Below are positions 21,837 through 34,372 of a DNA stretch of 64,000 nt, piece after piece. Each line of letters starts with the position of its first letter. Position 1 is the stretch's first letter. The notes below the pieces were generated by a model that saw only the letters and a list, made by a program, of their open reading frames with translations, did no database searches and had not been told where the DNA came from. The position numbers and the translations under genes were made by a program. Source of the DNA: an uncultured Rhodoferax sp. (GTDB taxonomy: Bacteria; Pseudomonadota; Gammaproteobacteria; Burkholderiales; Burkholderiaceae_C); the NCBI RefSeq assembly GCF_946221635.1, contig NZ_CAMIHB010000006.1:3522-67521 (forward strand), given 5' to 3'.

Positions 21837-22715
21837 GTGAGCGCCTTAGTCTATTCCAAAATGCCTTCTTCTGACCTGATATCGGTGGTCATCACCACCT
21901 ATAACCGCAGCGACGCGCTTGCGCTCGTACTGCGGGGGCTCATGCAGCAGACGGATCGGAACTTTGAGGTCATCGTCGCCGACGACGGTTCCACCGAGAC
22001 CCACAGGCAGAAAATCGAAGAGATGGCCCGCGCCAGTGGTTTGCATGTCATCCATGTCTGGCACCCTGATGTAGGTTTCACGGCGTCGCAAGCACGCAAC
22101 CTGGGGGTGGCCGCCGCCAGTGGGGGTTATCTCATTCTGATGGACGGCGATTGTGTACCCGAGGTGGACTTCATCGCCCGTCATCGCCAGCTGGCCCAGC
22201 CGGGCTGCTTCGTCAACGGCAGTCGTGTACTGCTCAATGCCGCATTCACCCAGCGCGCGCTCGCACAGAATCTGGCGATTGCAGGTCGTTCTGTCGGTTT
22301 CTGGCTGCGCCGCCGCCTGTCGGGAGAGGCCAGCAAGCTTACGGGACTGTTCCGCCTGCCCGATGGGCGCCGACGCCTGCAGCCGCGCTTTGTCTGGAAG
22401 GGCATACGCAGCGCCAATATGTCGCTTTGGCGCAAGGACTATGAGGCGGTCAATGGTTTCGATGAAACCTTTGTTGGCTGGGGCCATGAAGATGCAGACT
22501 TCGTGTTGAGGCTGCACAATGCGGGCTTGGTGCGCAAGAACGGTTTCTGCGCCACCGAGGTCTATCATCTCTGGCATCCCGAAGCCAGCCGCACGCGCGA
22601 AGGTGTCAACGCCGACACTGTGCGCCAGCGGGAAAAAAGTGGACAAGTCCGCTCTACCATTGGTTACGAAGAAAGCAAAAACGCGTCCGGTGTGGTGATG
22701 CGCAGTTGGGGATAA
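21837..22715 (+). CDS. Family-2 glycosyltransferase
   Basis: ISVVITTYNRSDAL...IVADDGS...LMDGDCVP is a GT2 signature. Confidence 0.8.
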   Translation: MSALVYSKMPSSDLISVVITTYNRSDALALVLRGLMQQTDRNFEVIVADDGSTETHRQKIEEMARASGLHVIHVWHPDVGFTASQARNLGVAAASGGYLILMDGDCVPEVDFIARHRQLAQPGCFVNGSRVLLNAAFTQRALAQNLAIAGRSVGFWLRRRLSGEASKLTGLFRLPDGRRRLQPRFVWKGIRSANMSLWRKDYEAVNGFDETFVGWGHEDADFVLRLHNAGLVRKNGFCATEVYHLWHPEASRTREGVNADTVRQREKSGQVRSTIGYEESKNASGVVMRSWG

Positions 22716-22722
22716 TCGCTGA

Positions 22723-23988
22723 ATGATCAAGAAATTGTTGCTCGCCGTCGCCGCTTGCGCGCTGAGTTTGCAGGCCGCGGCACAGTTCCGTGTAGAGGTT
22801 TCCGGAATCGGTCTGACGCAAGTCCCGGTGGCCATCCCGGCCTTCAAGGGCGAAGAAGCCGCACCGCAAAAGCTGGCTTCGATTGTCATGGCCGACCTGG
22901 AGCGCAGTGGCCAGTTTCGTGGGACCGAGAATCTGGCAGGTCTGTGGGACGAAACCTCCAGACCCGATATGTCAGGCTGGCGCCAGAAGGGCGCAGATGC
23001 TCTGGTGACCGGTAGCGTCACGCGTCTGGCTGACGGTCGCTACGACGTGCGCTTCCGGCTGTGGGATGTCGTCCGCAGCCAGGACCTGGGTGGACAAAGT
23101 CACGCGGTGGTCGCTGCGGACTTGCGCCTGGCCGCCCATCGCATTGCCGACTTCGTGTACGAAAAACTCACGGGCGACAAGGGCGTGTTCTCCACCCGTG
23201 TGGCCTATGTCACCAAGAACGGCAGCAATTACAACCTCTGGGTTGCCGATGCGGATGGCGAGAACGCCCAGAGCGCGCTCAACAGCCCTGAGCCCGTGAT
23301 TTCCCCCTCGTGGGCACCCAACGGCAGTCAACTCGCCTACGTGTCTTTCGAGTCGCGCAAACCCGTGGTCTATGTGCATGATGTTTCCACCGGGAAACGC
23401 CGGCTGGTGGCCAACTTCAAGGGCTCCAACAGTGCGCCTTCCTGGTCGCCCGACGGTCGCACGCTGGCGCTGACCTTGAGCCGTGATGGAGGCTCCCAGC
23501 TCTACCTGATGGATTCCAATGGCGGTGAGCCGCGTCGCTTGGCGCAGTCCAGCGCGATTGATACGGAGCCAGTGTTTACGGCAGACGGTAGATTTATTTA
23601 CTTCGTCAGCGACCGTGGAGGCTCTCCACAAATCTATAAAATCCCGACCTCCGGCGGTAGCCCTGAGCGAGTGACCTTTACGGGAACCTACAACATTTCT
23701 CCGACTCTGAGTCCTGACGGAAAGTGGATGGCCTATGTGTCGCGTGTCAGCGGGGCCTTCAAGTTGCATGTGATGGAGCTTGCGACAGGTACCGCCAATG
23801 CGATCACTGATACGCAGGCCGATGAAAACCCCAGCTTCTCGCCCAATGGCAAACTCATCATTTACGCGACCTTGCAACAGGGGCGCGAAGCACTCATGAC
23901 CACCACGTTGGACGGAAAAATCAAGGCTCGACTGGCGGGCCAAGGTGGAGATATCCGGGAGCCCGATTGGGGCCCGTTCCAGAAGTAA
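22723..23988 (+). CDS. tolB: Tol-Pal system beta-propeller protein TolB
   Basis: The 421 aa protein has a signal peptide and repeated SP(S/D)G...L(A/V)(Y/F)VS propeller motifs. Confidence 0.93.
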   Translation: MIKKLLLAVAACALSLQAAAQFRVEVSGIGLTQVPVAIPAFKGEEAAPQKLASIVMADLERSGQFRGTENLAGLWDETSRPDMSGWRQKGADALVTGSVTRLADGRYDVRFRLWDVVRSQDLGGQSHAVVAADLRLAAHRIADFVYEKLTGDKGVFSTRVAYVTKNGSNYNLWVADADGENAQSALNSPEPVISPSWAPNGSQLAYVSFESRKPVVYVHDVSTGKRRLVANFKGSNSAPSWSPDGRTLALTLSRDGGSQLYLMDSNGGEPRRLAQSSAIDTEPVFTADGRFIYFVSDRGGSPQIYKIPTSGGSPERVTFTGTYNISPTLSPDGKWMAYVSRVSGAFKLHVMELATGTANAITDTQADENPSFSPNGKLIIYATLQQGREALMTTTLDGKIKARLAGQGGDIREPDWGPFQK

Positions 23989-24037
23989 TCCAGTCCCAGT
24001 TATTTAGCCATTTAGCAGCAATCAAGGAGTTTGAAGA

Positions 24038-24580
24038 ATGAAGCGCATCGTTTTGTCCGTAGCCGTCGCATTGGTTCTCAGTGCCTGTGGTTCATCCGTC
24101 AAGCTGGACGACACCAAGGTCGAAGACCGCAAGGGTACCGAGGTGGGCACTTTGGCGACCACCAATGCGGGGAATACCGGTGGTGTGGGAGAGTCCACGG
24201 TGAAGACCGTGAACCTGACCGATGCGGAGCGTGAGGCTGCCTTCCTCAAGTCCACCACACGTGTCGTGTACTTTGACTACGACAGCTTTGTCATTCGCCC
24301 GGAGTTCCAGTCGGTGATCGAAGCCCACGCCAAATACCTCAATGCGAACAAGGGGCGCAAAGTGACCTTGGAAGGCAATACCGACGAGCGCGGTGGCCGG
24401 GAATACAACTTGGCCCTGGGTCAGAAGCGAGCCGAAGCGGTGCGCAAGGCATTGTTGTTGTTGGGGGTCTCTGACAATCAGCTGGAGGCTGTGAGCTTCG
24501 GCAAGGAAAAGCTCGCTGCGCAAGGCGGCAGCGAAGAGGCGATGGCCAAGAATCGTCGCACTGAAATCAGCTACCGCTAA
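24038..24580 (+). CDS. pal: Peptidoglycan-associated lipoprotein
   Basis: It has a lipobox (LSAC) and an OmpA-like domain (NTDERGGREYNLALGQKRAEAV). An RBS (AAGGAG) sits upstream. Confidence 0.93.
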   Translation: MKRIVLSVAVALVLSACGSSVKLDDTKVEDRKGTEVGTLATTNAGNTGGVGESTVKTVNLTDAEREAAFLKSTTRVVYFDYDSFVIRPEFQSVIEAHAKYLNANKGRKVTLEGNTDERGGREYNLALGQKRAEAVRKALLLLGVSDNQLEAVSFGKEKLAAQGGSEEAMAKNRRTEISYR

Positions 24581-24583
24581 GCC

Positions 24584-25378
24584 ATGGCTGTGCGCACGGT
24601 TTGGGCAGGGCTCCGCAGCGGGCTGATCGCGTTGACGTTACCGCTGTGCGCTGGCGCCGCACATGCGGGTCTGTTTGACGACGAGGAGGCGCGACGCGCC
24701 ATCCTCGACCTGCGCCAGCGCATCGAGCAGCTCAAGCAGGAGTCCGAGCAAAAGCTCTCCGAAGAAGCCCGCCGGGCGTCCGAGGAGTCCGCACAATTGC
24801 GCCGCGCGCTGGTGGATCTGCAAAACCAATTGGAAGCCAGCCGCGCCGAGATTGCCAAGCTTCGCGGGCAGGATGAGCAATTGGCTCGGGACGTGGCCGA
24901 CCTGCAGCGCAAGCAGAAGGACGGGGCACAGCAACTGGACGAGCGCTTGCGCAAGCTGGAGCCGGTCCGTGTGAGCGTGGACGGTCGGGAGTTCGCTGCC
25001 GATCCGAATGAGAAACGGGACTTCGAGGCGGCTCTTGCGGTGTTTCGGCGTGGCGAGTTTGCCCCTGCCCAAAATGCTTTTGTGGACTTCCTCAATCGTT
25101 ACGGTTCCAGCGGCTATCGGCCCTCGGCGCTGTTCTGGTTGGGGAATGCGCAATACGCGACCAAGGACTACAAAGAGGCGCAGGCCAATTTCCGCAGCCT
25201 GGTCCAACAGGCTGGAGACCACCTGCGCGTGCCTGAAGCCCTGCTGGCCATTGCGAATTGCCAACAGGAAATGAAAGACTCCAAGGCTGCGAAGAAGACC
25301 CTGGAAGAACTCGTGGCCAAGTACCCCGGTAACGAAGCCGCGGTGGTTGCCAAGGAACGCCTGGCGCGCCTGAAGTAG
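24584..25378 (+). CDS. cpoB: Tol-Pal system protein CpoB/YbgF
   Basis: It has a coiled-coil N-terminus and C-terminal TPR repeats, and sits immediately after pal. Confidence 0.85.
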   Translation: MAVRTVWAGLRSGLIALTLPLCAGAAHAGLFDDEEARRAILDLRQRIEQLKQESEQKLSEEARRASEESAQLRRALVDLQNQLEASRAEIAKLRGQDEQLARDVADLQRKQKDGAQQLDERLRKLEPVRVSVDGREFAADPNEKRDFEAALAVFRRGEFAPAQNAFVDFLNRYGSSGYRPSALFWLGNAQYATKDYKEAQANFRSLVQQAGDHLRVPEALLAIANCQQEMKDSKAAKKTLEELVAKYPGNEAAVVAKERLARLK

Positions 25379-25383
25379 GCGCC

Positions 25384-26166
25384 ATGACGGAGTCCGTCCA
25401 GTTTGCCAATGAGTCCCACGATCTGGGGCGCCGCTTTTCTGGCATGGACCGTCTCTTTGGCATGGGCCCAGCCGCCCGTGTGCGGCAAGCCCATGTGATG
25501 GTGGTCGGCATAGGCGGCGTGGGTTCCTGGGCCGCCGAGGCCCTGGCACGCAGCGGCGTAAGCCAATTGACGCTGGTCGATATGGACCATGTCTCTGAAT
25601 CCAATATCAACCGCCAGTTGCATGCCTTGTCGTCCACACTGGGCATGGCCAAGATAGAGGCCATGCGCGAGCGCATTGCCCTCATCAACCCAACATGTAA
25701 GGTGCGCTGTCTGGACACCTTTGCCGATGCCGACAACTGGCTGGAGCTGGTAGGCGATGGTGTAGACGCTGTGATCGACGCCTGCGACCAGGTGCGCGCC
25801 AAGACTGCCATGGCGGCCTGGGCCGTCAAAACCCGGCCCCCTTTCATCAGCGTGGGGGCGGCAGGTGGCAAGCGCTGGGCGCATGCTGTGGACATTGCGG
25901 ATTTGAGCCAAACCACCCACGACCCCTTGCTCGCCCAATTGCGGTACCGCTTGCGGCGTGAACACGGTGCGCCCAAACAGGGAAAGACCATGCATGTGGC
26001 CTGTGTGTTCAGCCGCGAAGCAGTCGCCGGTCCTGATGCGTCCTGCGCCATCGACGGTGATGGTTCGCTGAATTGCCATGGTTATGGCTCACTGGTCAGC
26101 GTGACCGCCACCTTCGGAATGTGTGCTGCAGGATGGATCTTGGATAAATTATCGCGACGAACGTGA
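25384..26166 (+). CDS. tcdA: tRNA threonylcarbamoyladenosine dehydratase (ThiF/MoeB-family E1-like)
   Basis: VMVVGIGGVGSWAAEALARSGVSQLTLVDMDHVSESNINRQ is a Rossmann E1-like motif. Confidence 0.85.
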   Translation: MTESVQFANESHDLGRRFSGMDRLFGMGPAARVRQAHVMVVGIGGVGSWAAEALARSGVSQLTLVDMDHVSESNINRQLHALSSTLGMAKIEAMRERIALINPTCKVRCLDTFADADNWLELVGDGVDAVIDACDQVRAKTAMAAWAVKTRPPFISVGAAGGKRWAHAVDIADLSQTTHDPLLAQLRYRLRREHGAPKQGKTMHVACVFSREAVAGPDASCAIDGDGSLNCHGYGSLVSVTATFGMCAAGWILDKLSRRT

Positions 26167-26257
26167 ACAGGATGAAAAACCACGCTATAATTTGAGGCTT
26201 AGCGGGAGACGCAAAAAGAAATTAGCAGCAAGCTGCGGTTTCAGCGGATTTTCGTCG

Positions 26258-26332
26258 GGACCATAGCTCAGTTGGTAGAGCAGCGGACTTTTAATCCGTT
26301 TGTCGTGGGTTCGACCCCCGCTGGTCCCACCA
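26258..26332 (+). tRNA. tRNA-Lys (anticodon UUU)
   Basis: GGGACCATAGCTCAGTTGGTAGAGCAGCGGACTTTTAATCCG...TGGTCCCACCA. It has a 7 bp acceptor stem, the anticodon loop CT-TTT-AA, and an encoded CCA. Confidence 0.9.
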
Positions 26333-26338
26333 GTTTTA

Positions 26339-26414
26339 GGGAATTTAGCTCAGTTGGTAGAGCAGCGGACTCTTAATCCGTAGGTCCAGGGTTCGAATCC
26401 CTGAGTTCCCACCA
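26339..26414 (+). tRNA. tRNA-Lys (anticodon CUU)
   Basis: GGGAATTTAGCTCAGTTGGTAGAGCAGCGGACTCTTAATCCG...AGTTCCCACCA. The anticodon loop is CT-CTT-AA. Confidence 0.9.
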
Positions 26415-26431
26415 CTATCAGTGGAAATAAA

Positions 26432-26468
26432 AAAGCCCACCATCGCAAGATGGTGGGCTTTTTCTTTG
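26432..26468. terminator. Bidirectional rho-independent terminator (AAAAAAGCCCACCATCGCAAGATGGTGGGCTTTTTCTTT)
   Basis: A GC-rich hairpin is flanked by an A-run and a T-run. It lies between the convergent tRNA-Lys genes and the ABC-F gene. Confidence 0.85.
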
Positions 26469-26516
26469 CCTGCTTGATGCAGCCACCCGGCCGGAGCCGG
26501 GGATGTGGCAAGAGGA

Positions 26517-28466
26517 TCAGCCCTCCAGCTGACTGCTCAATGTCAGCCATTGCTCTTCCAGCGTCTGCAATTCCTCGTTGACCAGCTTGAGCCGTTTGCC
26601 AGCCTCTGCGATTTCCGAAGGATGTGGGTTGCTGGCCAATTTCGCTTCCAGTGCGGCACCCTCGGCCTGCAATGGGGTCATGCGTGCTTCCACCTGGGCC
26701 AGTTCCTTCTTCCACTTACGCAGCAATTCCGGCGCAGGGCCGGTTTTGACCGGTGCAGGTGGCGGTGCGGTGGGTGCAGGTTTTGCAGCGGCTTCGGCCT
26801 TGGCTGCATCCTTGGCCAATTCGCGTTGGCGCTTGGCTTCGTCCAGGAGGTAGCGCTGGTAATCATCCAAATCACCATCGAAGGGTTCAACCCCACCACG
26901 CGACACCATCCAGAATTCATCGCACACCGCACGCAGCAAGGCACGGTCGTGGCTGACCAGCATCACGGTACCTTCGAATTCGTTGAGCGCCATGGAGAGC
27001 GCTTCGCGGGTGGCCAGATCCAGATGGTTGGTCGGTTCGTCCATCAGCAGCAGGTTGGGGCGCTGCCACACCAGCATGCACAGCACCAGGCGGGCCTTCT
27101 CGCCACCACTCATGCTGCCCACGGCCTGCTTGACCATGTCACCGCTGAAGTTGAAGGTGCCCAGGAAGCTGCGCAGATCCTGCTCGCGGGTCGACTGGTT
27201 GGTGAGCTTGCCCGCTGCTGCCATGTCCTTGGCCAGGCGGATCATGTGCTCCAACGGTGACTCGTCAGGTCGCAGCACATCGAGTTCCTGCTGCGCGAAG
27301 TAGCCAATGTTCAGCCCCTTGCCTTCGGTCATCTCTCCGCTCAGGGGGGCCAGGTCGCGCGCAATGGTTTTCACCAGCGTCGACTTGCCCTGGCCGTTGG
27401 CACCCAGAATGCCGATGCGCTGGCCGGCCAGCACCGACTTGCTGATGTGGTTCACGATGGTGGTGGGTGGCGTACCGGCTGCGGCATCGTCGGGCGGCGG
27501 GTAGCCCACACTCACGCCCTGCATGGCCAGCATGGGGTTGGGCAGGTTGGCTGGTTCCTTGAATTCAAAGGTGAATTCGGCATCCGCCATCAGGGGCGCA
27601 ATCTTCTCCATGCGGTCCAAGGCCTTCACGCGGCTCTGGGCCTGCTTGGCTTTGCTGGCCTTGGCCTTGAATCGGGCGATGAACTTCTGCAGGTGGGCAA
27701 TCTTGTCCTGCTGCTTGGCAAAGGCCGCTTGCTGCTGCTCCATCTGCTCGGCGCGCATGTCCTCGAATTTGCTGTAGTTGCCACCGTAGCGCACCAGCTT
27801 GCCAGCGTCGATATGCAGGGTCACATTGGTCACCGCATCCAGGAACTCGCGGTCGTGGCTGATGACGACCATGGTGCCTTCGTATTTGCGCAACCAGGCT
27901 TCCAGCCAGACCAGGGCGTCCAGGTCCAAGTGGTTGGTGGGTTCGTCGAGCAGCAGCAGATCGCTGGGGCACATGAGGGCGCGGGCCAGTTGCAGGCGCA
28001 TGCGCCAACCGCCGGAAAAGCTGTTCACGGGCTTGTCCAACTCCGTGGTCTTGAAACCCAGACCCAGAATCAGGGCCTGGGCGCGTGCGGGGGCGTCGTA
28101 CTCACCGGCGTCCTGCAGGGCGGTGTAAGCGTGGGCCATGCGCTCGTAGTCTTCGGCGGCTTCGGCAGCCGTGACCTCCGCGCGGGCGGCGCCCAATACG
28201 GTATCGCCTTCCACCACAAAGTCCGTGGCGCCCATGTCGGTCTCGGGCATGTCCTGGGCCACCTGGCCCATGCGCCATTGGGCGGGGATGTAGTACTCAC
28301 CGGCATCCTCGTGCAGGTTGCCGTTAAGCAGGGCAAACAGTGATGACTTGCCAGCGCCGTTGCGTCCTACCAGACCGACCTTTTCGCCGGGGTTGAGGGT
28401 GACGGAGGCACCTTCGAGAAGCACCTTGGCGCTGCGGCGCAGGGTGACGTTTTTCAGGGTAATCAT
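26517..28466 (-). CDS. ABC-F family translation-associated ATPase (YheS/Uup-like)
   Basis: The 649 aa protein has two ABC domains with an inter-domain linker and a C-terminal coiled coil, and aligns closely with E. coli YheS from memory. Confidence 0.85.
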   Translation of the reverse strand: MITLKNVTLRRSAKVLLEGASVTLNPGEKVGLVGRNGAGKSSLFALLNGNLHEDAGEYYIPAQWRMGQVAQDMPETDMGATDFVVEGDTVLGAARAEVTAAEAAEDYERMAHAYTALQDAGEYDAPARAQALILGLGFKTTELDKPVNSFSGGWRMRLQLARALMCPSDLLLLDEPTNHLDLDALVWLEAWLRKYEGTMVVISHDREFLDAVTNVTLHIDAGKLVRYGGNYSKFEDMRAEQMEQQQAAFAKQQDKIAHLQKFIARFKAKASKAKQAQSRVKALDRMEKIAPLMADAEFTFEFKEPANLPNPMLAMQGVSVGYPPPDDAAAGTPPTTIVNHISKSVLAGQRIGILGANGQGKSTLVKTIARDLAPLSGEMTEGKGLNIGYFAQQELDVLRPDESPLEHMIRLAKDMAAAGKLTNQSTREQDLRSFLGTFNFSGDMVKQAVGSMSGGEKARLVLCMLVWQRPNLLLMDEPTNHLDLATREALSMALNEFEGTVMLVSHDRALLRAVCDEFWMVSRGGVEPFDGDLDDYQRYLLDEAKRQRELAKDAAKAEAAAKPAPTAPPPAPVKTGPAPELLRKWKKELAQVEARMTPLQAEGAALEAKLASNPHPSEIAEAGKRLKLVNEELQTLEEQWLTLSSQLEG

Positions 28467-28838
28467 TGACTTGGCTCAGTTTTCAATTCATTCAGGCATT
28501 TCGAGCCTGCTGGGTTGGCGCGGGCTGGTGGACGGGGTATCCGTTCTCCGGCGCATCTCGCGGGCGAACACGGTTGGTTCGCTTCTGTTATTTCGTAAAT
28601 GCCTTGGTTGGTCAGGTCACTCTGTGGCAACCGCGAACAGCGCCTGCGACCGGACACCCCATCCACCATCCCAAATGTTGCGTTGCCTGCGTCAGGAGAA
28701 AAACACGTTCGTAGCAGCAGGGTAGGGGCGGAGAACGCAGTGAGGTAAAGGAGGAGGCCATCGGCCGGGGGACACGAACGGAGTTCTCTGCCCCTGGCCT
28801 GTTGCGGGCCCCAGCACAAAGGCTGGGCAAGCAGAAAG

Positions 28839-32085
<3,247 letters not shown>

Positions 32086-32115
32086 GGCGTACCTTTCGGT
32101 GGGCAGTGGGTTTGC

Positions 32116-32940
32116 TTAGTCGCGCAGCAGATCGTTCAGCGACGTCTTGGAACGCGTTTGCGCGTCCACGCGCTTGACGATGATGGCGGCGTACAGGCTG
32201 TACTTGCCGTCGTTCTTGGGCAGGCTGCCGCTGATCACCACGGAGCCGGCAGGCACACGGCCGTAGCTCACGGTGTCGCTGGCGCGGTCGTAGATGGGGG
32301 TGCTCTGACCGATGTACACGCCCATGGAGATCACGGAGTTTTCTTCCACGATCACGCCTTCGACGATTTCGGAGCGCGCGCCGATGAAGCAGTTGTCTTC
32401 AATGATGGTGGGGCCGGCTTGCATGGGTTCCAGCACGCCGCCAATGCCTACGCCGCCAGACAAGTGCACGTGCTTGCCGATCTGGGCGCAGGAGCCCACG
32501 GTGGCCCAGGTGTCCACCATGGTGCCTTCGTCCACGTAGGAGCCGATGTTGCAGTACGAGGGCATCAGGATCACGCCCTTGCCCTGGAAGCTGCCACGGC
32601 GCGCCACAGCGGGCGGCACCACGCGCACGCCGCTGGCCTTGAGGTCCGCTTCGGACATGCCGGAGAACTTGGTGCCCACCTTGTCGTAGAAGCCCAGGTC
32701 GCCGGATTGCACGATGGCGTTGTCCTTGAGGCGGAAGCTCAGCAGCACGGCCTTCTTGATCCACTGGTGCGTGGTCCACTGGCCCACGGCCTCACGGGTT
32801 GCCACACGCAGGCGGCCGGCGTCCAGTTCGTTCAGCACATGCTCCACGGCGTCGCGCACTTCGGCAGGGGCGGAGGCCACGGAGATGTTGGCGCGGTCTT
32901 CCCACGCAGCGTCGATCACGGATTGCAGTTGTTGGCTCAT
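32116..32940 (-). CDS. dapD: 2,3,4,5-tetrahydropyridine-2,6-dicarboxylate N-succinyltransferase
   Basis: The 274 aa protein has hexapeptide repeats and a canonical DapD N-terminus. Confidence 0.93.
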   Translation of the reverse strand: MSQQLQSVIDAAWEDRANISVASAPAEVRDAVEHVLNELDAGRLRVATREAVGQWTTHQWIKKAVLLSFRLKDNAIVQSGDLGFYDKVGTKFSGMSEADLKASGVRVVPPAVARRGSFQGKGVILMPSYCNIGSYVDEGTMVDTWATVGSCAQIGKHVHLSGGVGIGGVLEPMQAGPTIIEDNCFIGARSEIVEGVIVEENSVISMGVYIGQSTPIYDRASDTVSYGRVPAGSVVISGSLPKNDGKYSLYAAIIVKRVDAQTRSKTSLNDLLRD

Positions 32941-32989
32941 AAAGTGTCTTGAAAAGAACAGGAGTGGGTAAACAAAAAATCAGTCCGGA

Positions 32990-34204
32990 TCAGCGCCGGG
33001 ACTGGACAAACTGGACGATGCGCTGCGCGGCCTCCACGCATTCCGCCGCTTCGGCCACCAGGGCCATGCGGATGCGGCCCGCGCCGGGGTTGCTGCCATG
33101 GGCCTCGCGGGCCAGGTAGCTGCCGGGCAGCACGGTCACATTGTATTGAGCCAGCAGATCGCGCGCGAAGTCGGTGTCGCTGCCCTGGACCTTGGCCCAG
33201 AGGTAGAAGCCGGCATCGGGCAGGGCCACGTCCAGCACCTCGGCCAGCATGGGCGTGACCTGGGCGAACTTGGCGCGGTACTGCGCGCGGTTTTCCACCA
33301 CATGGGCCTCGTCGTCCCATGCGGCGGCGCTGGCGGTCTGCACCACCATGCTCATGGCGCTGCCGTGGTAGGTGCGGTAGAGCAGGAACTGCTTGACCAA
33401 GGTGGCGTCGCCGGCGCAAAAGCCGCTGCGCATGCCCGGCACATTGCTGCGCTTGGACAGGCTGGTGAAGATCACCAGGTTCTTGAAATCCGTGCGGCCC
33501 AGCTTGGCGGCGGCTTCCAGCCCGCCCAGCGGCGGTTCGTCGCGGAAGTAAATCTCGCTGTAGCACTCGTCGGACGCGATCACAAAGCCGTACTGGTCGC
33601 TCAGGGCAAACAGCTTCTCCCATTCGGAGAGCGGCATCACTGCACCGGCCGGGTTGCCGGGGGAGCAGACATAGAGCAGCTGGGTACGCGCCCAGACCTC
33701 GGCCGGCACGCTGTCCCAGTCTTGCGCAAAGTTGCGTTCGGGCACCGAGGGCACGAAGTAGGGCTGGGCGCCGCTGAGCAGGGCCGCGCCTTCATAGATT
33801 TGGTAGAACGGGTTGGGACAGACCACCTGCACAGGCCCGCGCGCATCGGCTTTTTCGGGGTTGATGACGGTCTGGGCAAAGGCAAACAGGGCCTCACGCG
33901 AGCCGTTGATGGGCAGGATTTGCGTGGCAGCATCCAGTTGCAGGCCGTAGCGCCGCTCCACCCAGCGCGCCATGGACGCGCGCAGCTTGGGGTCACCCGC
34001 CGTGGCCGGGTAGACCGACAGCCCACCGTCGGCGCTGCGGATGGCATCGCAATAGGCGTCCTTGATCAGGTCGGGCGTGGGGTGGCGGGGTTCGCCAATC
34101 CCCAGGCTGATCGGGCGGTAGGCGGGGTTGGGTGTGACGCTGGAGAACAGCTGGCGCAGGCGTTCAAAAGGGTAGGCCTGCAGGCGCGACAAATTCGGAT
34201 TCAT
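32990..34204 (-). CDS. dapC: Succinyldiaminopimelate aminotransferase
   Basis: The 404 aa protein is a PLP fold-type I aminotransferase (SLSKRSNVPGMRSG), in dap operon context. Confidence 0.85.
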   Translation of the reverse strand: MNPNLSRLQAYPFERLRQLFSSVTPNPAYRPISLGIGEPRHPTPDLIKDAYCDAIRSADGGLSVYPATAGDPKLRASMARWVERRYGLQLDAATQILPINGSREALFAFAQTVINPEKADARGPVQVVCPNPFYQIYEGAALLSGAQPYFVPSVPERNFAQDWDSVPAEVWARTQLLYVCSPGNPAGAVMPLSEWEKLFALSDQYGFVIASDECYSEIYFRDEPPLGGLEAAAKLGRTDFKNLVIFTSLSKRSNVPGMRSGFCAGDATLVKQFLLYRTYHGSAMSMVVQTASAAAWDDEAHVVENRAQYRAKFAQVTPMLAEVLDVALPDAGFYLWAKVQGSDTDFARDLLAQYNVTVLPGSYLAREAHGSNPGAGRIRMALVAEAAECVEAAQRIVQFVQSRR

Positions 34205-34372
34205 GGGGCGGCATTATCCCCCGTGGCCCGTGGTTTTCAGGCTGTAACGTTTGTCTGCCCGGCCTACGGGTGGAGCGGCTTGGCTACACAGTATCATCGG
34301 GGGCCGTTCCTCAGTCAGACTTGACTGATAAACCCAATGAAATCAACTGCTTAGAGCAGACTACACCCGTCC

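Noticed and set aside
23585-23660. AT-rich patch inside tolB that shares CCACAAAT with the mini-element 3' region.
   Set aside because: It lacks the TAGCTGCTCGCGCA/ACGGGGGC core. It encodes the canonical TolB beta-propeller motif ([18 protein letters not shown]), so it is native sequence.
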